DNA from: a virus
Lineage: Duplodnaviria > Caudoviricetes
IMG/VR virus record: IMGVR_UViG_2630968317_000001
Location: 1 to 64,000 of that record
Reading direction: 5' to 3' (one strand)
Length of the DNA: 64,000 bases
In this document: positions 59,968 through 64,000 of the stretch, piece after piece
Layout of the letters: each line of letters begins with the position of its first letter
Position numbering within the stretch: position 1 is the first letter of the stretch
Position numbers and translations under genes: made by a program
The notes under the pieces: generated by a model
What the model saw: the letters and a program-made list of their open reading frames with translations, nothing else
Told to the model about the DNA's origin: nothing
Database searches by the model: none

Positions 59968-60897
59968 CGCTAAAACCGCCTTGACGCTTAGAGCCACGTG
60001 GGATACAGACGTTTTTAGGCGTTAACGTTGTCTTATTCTTAGGGAAAGACCTAGCGTCACTCCGTTCCGCAGATAACGCAATAGAATACATATAGAAGGA
60101 CGGCGGATTATTATTTGCGGACGAGGCGGAGCCGAGGTCGCTGTACTTAAATACATACGGAAAGGATACCGTTAATAGGACGGACACTGATCGTTAAGGA
60201 TTGCGAAGATATACTTGTGTAACATACGGATATGCTGTCTTACGTTATAGAGAGACGTAACGCAACGTAACATACTAACGGTAAGCATACGATAGGCAGC
60301 GATTAGGGTACCGTCCTACAGGCGCCATGTAACGGCAGGCACAGATGGTCTATATAATATAGTACGAAGGCGGACGGTAGGGTGACGTGGGTATACCGGG
60401 AAGGAACTCCGCAATCAAGCAAGCGCCGCCCGCGGACGAGGCCTCCGAAAACTCAGGGGGTTGAAAGCCGAAGCCAATCCGTTTATGCACGATCCTATAC
60501 ATACCGGCCGGCATAGGCAGCCCGCACGAATGGCGGCATGGCGGGGCTGGTACGATGCATAAAGTTCATTCGTTTCGTTGCGCTGGTCGAACGGCTACCA
60601 ACTGTGACACACCAACGTTTGTGCTTAACGCGAATGTAACAGAAAGTCTTTTTGTTACTTTCGTTATGCAACGTTATGAATTCGTTATTCAATAATAATC
60701 GCGAAAAATAAACGAAAGCCGACCGCCCCCAAGCGCCCCAGCCAAAACCGCCCGATCTGACGCTTTAACCTTGCGCACAATTTTTTAAACTCGGGGTGTT
60801 AACCGTCTAGCCCTACGTATACGTACGTTAATCATCCGAAGTTTCTCGGAAGGGCTAGAGGGTTAATACGCTAATTAAACGGAGAGGAGGCGTTCAA

Positions 60898-61059
60898 ATG
60901 AGTCGCTATAAAGTTGTCCCATCAGACGTAAGTTTCAAATTGCCGTTTCGATTCGATTTTGATCGGCTAAAATATATCGTAGGTCGCGTAGCCTGTAAAA
61001 CGGCTTCTGACGCTTTGTTTATATGGAATATGCGTTTAATAACGCGAGGGAGGCGCTAA
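60898..61059 (+). CDS. 53-aa hypothetical protein
   Basis: GAGGAGG RBS; MSRYKVVPSD. Confidence 0.5.
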   Translation: MSRYKVVPSDVSFKLPFRFDFDRLKYIVGRVACKTASDALFIWNMRLITRGRR

Positions 61060-61060
61060 C

Positions 61061-61342
61061 GTGGCGATAGATACTAACGGCTGTATTCAAATCGCGGCCA
61101 ACGCTTATCTTACGGAAGGTGCAAGCGAAAAGCTACGAGAATATCTATGCGATGCATTGCCGCACTCGTTCGAAATGTACGAACTTAGACGCGATCTATC
61201 CGAAGTCCCACTAAGAGGGGTCATCGACTACGGATACTGGCGTCTTGTTGCGCTCTCCTCGGATATATTCCCGGAAGAGATTCCGCTATTTCCTGACGAA
61301 GATGGAAACGTATTTTTTGTTATACGGGAAGGAGGACGTTAG
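61061..61342 (+). CDS. Hypothetical protein, paralogue A
   Basis: GCIQI..YL..RLVALSSDIFPEEIPLFPDEDG. Confidence 0.65.
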   Translation: MAIDTNGCIQIAANAYLTEGASEKLREYLCDALPHSFEMYELRRDLSEVPLRGVIDYGYWRLVALSSDIFPEEIPLFPDEDGNVFFVIREGGR

Positions 61343-61343
61343 G

Positions 61344-61625
61344 ATGATCGATAAAATCAGCGGATGTATCAAGATTACTGAAAACGGGTACCTCTCGAAG
61401 GCTACAAGCAACAATGTACGCAAATACTTAGGACTTGAAAATCTGACGGAGTTGACCGACTATCAAATGGAACCAACGTTGAATATCACGCCGGCAGGCG
61501 TCTTGATCTCGATTAGTAGTCGTTTAGTTGCGAAAAGTTCCGATATCCATCCGAAAGAAATCCCGTTGGTGCCGGATAAAGATGGTTCCTTCTTTTTCAG
61601 CTTCGTCCAAGGTGATCGCACATGA
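61344..61625 (+). CDS. Hypothetical protein, paralogue B
   Basis: GCIKI..YL..RLVAKSSDIHPKEIPLVPDKDG. Confidence 0.65.
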   Translation: MIDKISGCIKITENGYLSKATSNNVRKYLGLENLTELTDYQMEPTLNITPAGVLISISSRLVAKSSDIHPKEIPLVPDKDGSFFFSFVQGDRT

Positions 61626-61909
61626 CCGCGCTACCTACTTTCGCCACCTGCGGCGCATGTACTCAACGGACCGCCGTCGTATTAAAAGAACGGGCCATAC
61701 GAAAAGGTGTCGTCGAAACGTACTTTGACTGTATCGTCTGTGGTACGCACTGCCCGACCGCGATCACGAACAGCGCGCTGCGAACGAAAATCGAGTCGCT
61801 TAAGCAATTACGGCTAACAGACGGATCAGAATCGGCTGCAATCGACGCACTCAAAGCGGAAATAACCGTCGATATGAAAGTATTGCGGGAACGGTACGGA
61901 CTAACATAA
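61622..61909 (+). CDS. Zn-ribbon plus coiled-coil protein
   Basis: CGAC..YFDCIVCG. Confidence 0.65.
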   Translation: MTALPTFATCGACTQRTAVVLKERAIRKGVVETYFDCIVCGTHCPTAITNSALRTKIESLKQLRLTDGSESAAIDALKAEITVDMKVLRERYGLT

Positions 61910-62000
61910 CGATTTTAACACGTAAAAGGCACGAAATTAGACGTTTCGGTAGTCGACTAGAGTATTCGTAAGGTAGGTCGGTGAAAAACGCTGATTTCGT

Positions 62001-62246
62001 GTGATTCCTAAGGAGGTTCGGAAGGTGATTATTGATACGAGAGAATCCGGCGTTGTTAAAATCGCAGGAAACGGTGACTTGATTTTAACGAAAGACAGCG
62101 TAGCTTTTGACTTAAAAACGGATAAGTCGTCTAAAACGGCGTTTCATATCACGGACCACGTAATTTATTGCGTAGGGTCAAGCGTAACTTTCAGACGAAA
62201 AATACGAATGGCCTTAAAAGTATTAAAGTACATTTTCGGAAAATAA
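62001..62246 (+). CDS. Hypothetical protein (start probably GTG near 62025)
   Basis: AAGGAGG RBS. Confidence 0.5.
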   Translation: MIPKEVRKVIIDTRESGVVKIAGNGDLILTKDSVAFDLKTDKSSKTAFHITDHVIYCVGSSVTFRRKIRMALKVLKYIFGK

Positions 62247-62273
62247 AAGCAATCAGATGGGGAGGACGGATAG

Positions 62274-62558
62274 ATGACGAAGTATCGCAAAAAGCCGGTC
62301 GTAGTCGAAGCGGTTCTTTTCGAGGACGGTATGGAAGACGGCTACGCCAGTTATCCGGTGTTTTCGGACAAATTAATCGGGTTTTATCCGAAAGGCGGCC
62401 CGATACCTAAAGCGAATAACAAACCGGCGATCAAAACGCTCGAAGGATGGTACGAGGTTGAAGTCGGCAAGCATTACATCGTCACCGGAGTTCGTGGCGA
62501 GCGTTATCCGGTTGAAAAGGAGATATTCGAAGAGACATACGAGAAAGTCGAAGAGTAA
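62274..62558 (+). CDS. KKPV/TLEG conserved phage protein (PGDYG-like)
   Basis: KYRKKPVVVEA..IKTLEG..GVRGERYPV..IFEETYE. Confidence 0.75.
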   Translation: MTKYRKKPVVVEAVLFEDGMEDGYASYPVFSDKLIGFYPKGGPIPKANNKPAIKTLEGWYEVEVGKHYIVTGVRGERYPVEKEIFEETYEKVEE

Positions 62559-62566
62559 ATAAACGA

Positions 62567-62693
62567 ATGCGGTGGCGGAATAGGTAGACGCTTAGTACGT
62601 GCGAAAGCATAGGAGAATCGGGAGTGAACCCGCTAAAAAACTCGTGAGTCAGAAAGCTCGGCTGACATACGAGGTGCAAATCCTCGTCCGCAT
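62567..62693 (+). ncRNA. tRNA-like RNA with an expanded multi-hairpin central domain
   Basis: Acceptor ATGCGG/CCGCAT, D arm TGGCGGAATAGGTAGACGC, T arm ACGAGG-TGCAAAT-CCTCGT; about 77 nt between D and T arms. Confidence 0.65.
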
Positions 62694-62776
62694 ATCCTGA
62701 CGCGACTAAGGATTCTCCGCCGGTGGGGACGTAAAATACGTACCGGAAAGCGTGTGATATTGTCGCAATCAGAACG

Positions 62777-62807
62777 AGGCTTCCGGTCAGCGCCGGAGGT
62801 CTTTTTG
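62777..62807 (+). terminator. Terminator within the ncRNA cluster
   Basis: GGCTTCCGG..CCGGAGGTC+TTTTT. Confidence 0.7.
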
Positions 62808-62907
62808 TGCTTGCGTCTAGCATTAGAGCCGTAAAGGCATTCGGTTGACGTACGTGCATTCACCGGCACGCCTCTCGAAGAAGCGGACCACGGCCGGTGT
62901 GACAAGA

Positions 62908-62966
62908 TAGGGGCGCATGTTCCAAGGCGGCGAATTATTGGGCAGGTTTGATTCCTGTCGCCTCTG
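62908..62966 (+). ncRNA. tRNA-like RNA lacking the anticodon arm (pseudo-tRNA)
   Basis: Acceptor TAGGGGCG/CGCCTCTG, T arm GCAGG-TTTGATT-CCTGT; only ATTATTG follows the D region. Confidence 0.55.
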
Positions 62967-63024
62967 TAAGTCAGAGATTCATTGTGAAGCTCTGTCTCTA
63001 AAACGGACAGAGGGGATGACGTGA

Positions 63025-63327
63025 ATGGCGGAAAACAAACGCGAATCAGTCGGCGGATTAAACGTAAAGGTAGACGTAGATGTTGCGGAGGCTATCAAGG
63101 GACTCAAAGCGGTCCAGCGCGCAGCAAAAGACGCGACTAAAGCGTTGGCAGAGTTAGAGTCGGCGATGAAAGGGTACGAGAATGCGCAGAAGAACGACAG
63201 ACTGATCGGCGTAGATGTAGGAGTTGTCGGCTATGACTCGCGTCCAGTAGTGGGAACGATGAAGCACGCGGGACCTAATAGATTTTTCGGCTACGGAACT
63301 TCACCGGCAAAAAGCACCACTAACTAA
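63025..63327 (+). CDS. Hypothetical phage protein
   Basis: VKVDVDVAEAIKGLKAVQRAAKDATKALAELE. Confidence 0.65.
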   Translation: MAENKRESVGGLNVKVDVDVAEAIKGLKAVQRAAKDATKALAELESAMKGYENAQKNDRLIGVDVGVVGYDSRPVVGTMKHAGPNRFFGYGTSPAKSTTN

Positions 63328-63869
63328 ATCGTGATGCTCTCGTATGCGACCGAAATCTCGTCGGCTGTGATACCGATGTATTTCAGCGTATCTTTTTCGG
63401 ATGAATGACCGAGAATCGCCATGATCCGGTCGACTGTGATATTCATTTCATACAAGCGGTAGCCGAACGTTTTTCTAAGCGTGTGAGTCCCGATGTTGCC
63501 GATCTTTTGAGCGATTTCGGCACGTTCGGCGGCTTCGTTTAGAATGCGATAGGCCTGAACGCGGCTGATCGGCTTGGCGCCCTTGCGGCTGGCAAATACG
63601 TAGTCATCTTCGGCACCTTCGAGTTCATTGACGAGCTTTATGACGGATGCTGAGAACGTAATGACACGCGTTTTCTTGCGCTTGGCCTCGGTTATTTTAA
63701 GAGACGTTTGGCCGCGAAGATCGCCGACCTTAAGTGAAAGTAAATCGGAGATTCTCAGCCCAAAAGCCGTCCCTAGTTGTAATAACAGACGGTCGCGCCC
63801 CGGTTTGAGGGCATTTTTTAGTTTATTGAAATCGCGTTTACTTTTAATCGGATTCACTTCGTTAGCCAT
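63324..63869 (-). CDS. Small catalytic-domain tyrosine recombinase (resolvase-like)
   Basis: GLRISD, K, HTLRKT, LGH, Y all present; about 181 aa, no arm-binding domain. Confidence 0.9.
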   Translation of the reverse strand: MANEVNPIKSKRDFNKLKNALKPGRDRLLLQLGTAFGLRISDLLSLKVGDLRGQTSLKITEAKRKKTRVITFSASVIKLVNELEGAEDDYVFASRKGAKPISRVQAYRILNEAAERAEIAQKIGNIGTHTLRKTFGYRLYEMNITVDRIMAILGHSSEKDTLKYIGITADEISVAYESITI

Positions 63870-63882
63870 ACGTCTCCACTCC

Positions 63883-63912
63883 AATGTACTTTAATTATTT
63901 TTAAGTTACATT
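63883..63912. promoter_or_regulatory. Putative recombinase crossover site, 12-6-12
   Basis: AATGTACTTTAA-TTATTT-TTAAGTTACATT (10/12 inverted match), just downstream of promoter TTGACT-17-TATAAT (63942-63914). Confidence 0.6.
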
Positions 63913-63971
63913 TATTATACGATATCGAGTTCGGCAAGTCAACGGCAAATAGACGGGAAGGAGGCGGTAGT

Positions 63972-64000
63972 TTGGCGTTTATTAACGGCAAGTTTTTAGA
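63972..64000 (+). CDS. Start of next gene (MAFINGKFL..), possibly terminase large subunit; truncated by window edge
   Basis: AAGGAGG RBS + TTG; product is a guess from position. Confidence 0.3.

Larger units (their letters stand above)
28134..64000. mobile_element. Large temperate Bacillus prophage integrated in tRNA-Ala; continues beyond window
   Basis: att core, visible shift to CG-rich sequence, replication and nucleotide genes, arbitrium module. Confidence 0.92.

Noticed and set aside
59864-60692. ORFs 59864-60187 and 60495-60692 in the non-coding block
   Set aside because: No RBS, atypical composition, and the first runs across the repeats and a terminator.
63324-63869. Main prophage integrase
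   Set aside because: Too short, no arm-binding domain, and far from the att site.

Overview
The window holds two adjacent Bacillus prophage elements; the host is probably in the B. pumilus/subtilis group (inferred from gene content). (1) Positions 1-27.8 kb are a PBSX-like defective phage/tailocin: early regulators, Xpf sigma factor, terminase, head, contractile tail, baseplate, three tandem fibre-chaperone-XkdX cassettes, two holins and an amidase. A BsrE/BsrH-like type I toxin-antitoxin locus sits inside its tail operon. (2) From the 3' half of tRNA-Ala(GGC) at 28134-28176 (att core) to the window end lies the early/replication half of a large temperate phage. It encodes an initiator, DnaC/DnaB/primase, a gp32-like SSB, a family A polymerase, a Cas4-like nuclease, RuvC, NrdIEF, a broken dUTPase, ThyX and a dNMP kinase. 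The most interesting signals are in this second phage: (a) an arbitrium module, AimR plus an AimP missed by the ORF track and ending EIKVGG, followed directly by a sigma-like gene; (b) the fixed-spacing motif AATGTCCCGATT-N9-CACATGCGACTGTA, found three times at operon heads, including ahead of that sigma-like gene; (c) a putative antisense-controlled RNA switch just downstream; (d) a YonT/YonU/SR6-like toxin locus; (e) tRNA-shaped RNAs with an expanded or a deleted anticodon arm; (f) a small tyrosine recombinase with its own crossover site. All assignments come from reading the sequence and recalling family motifs. No database search or folding computation was run.
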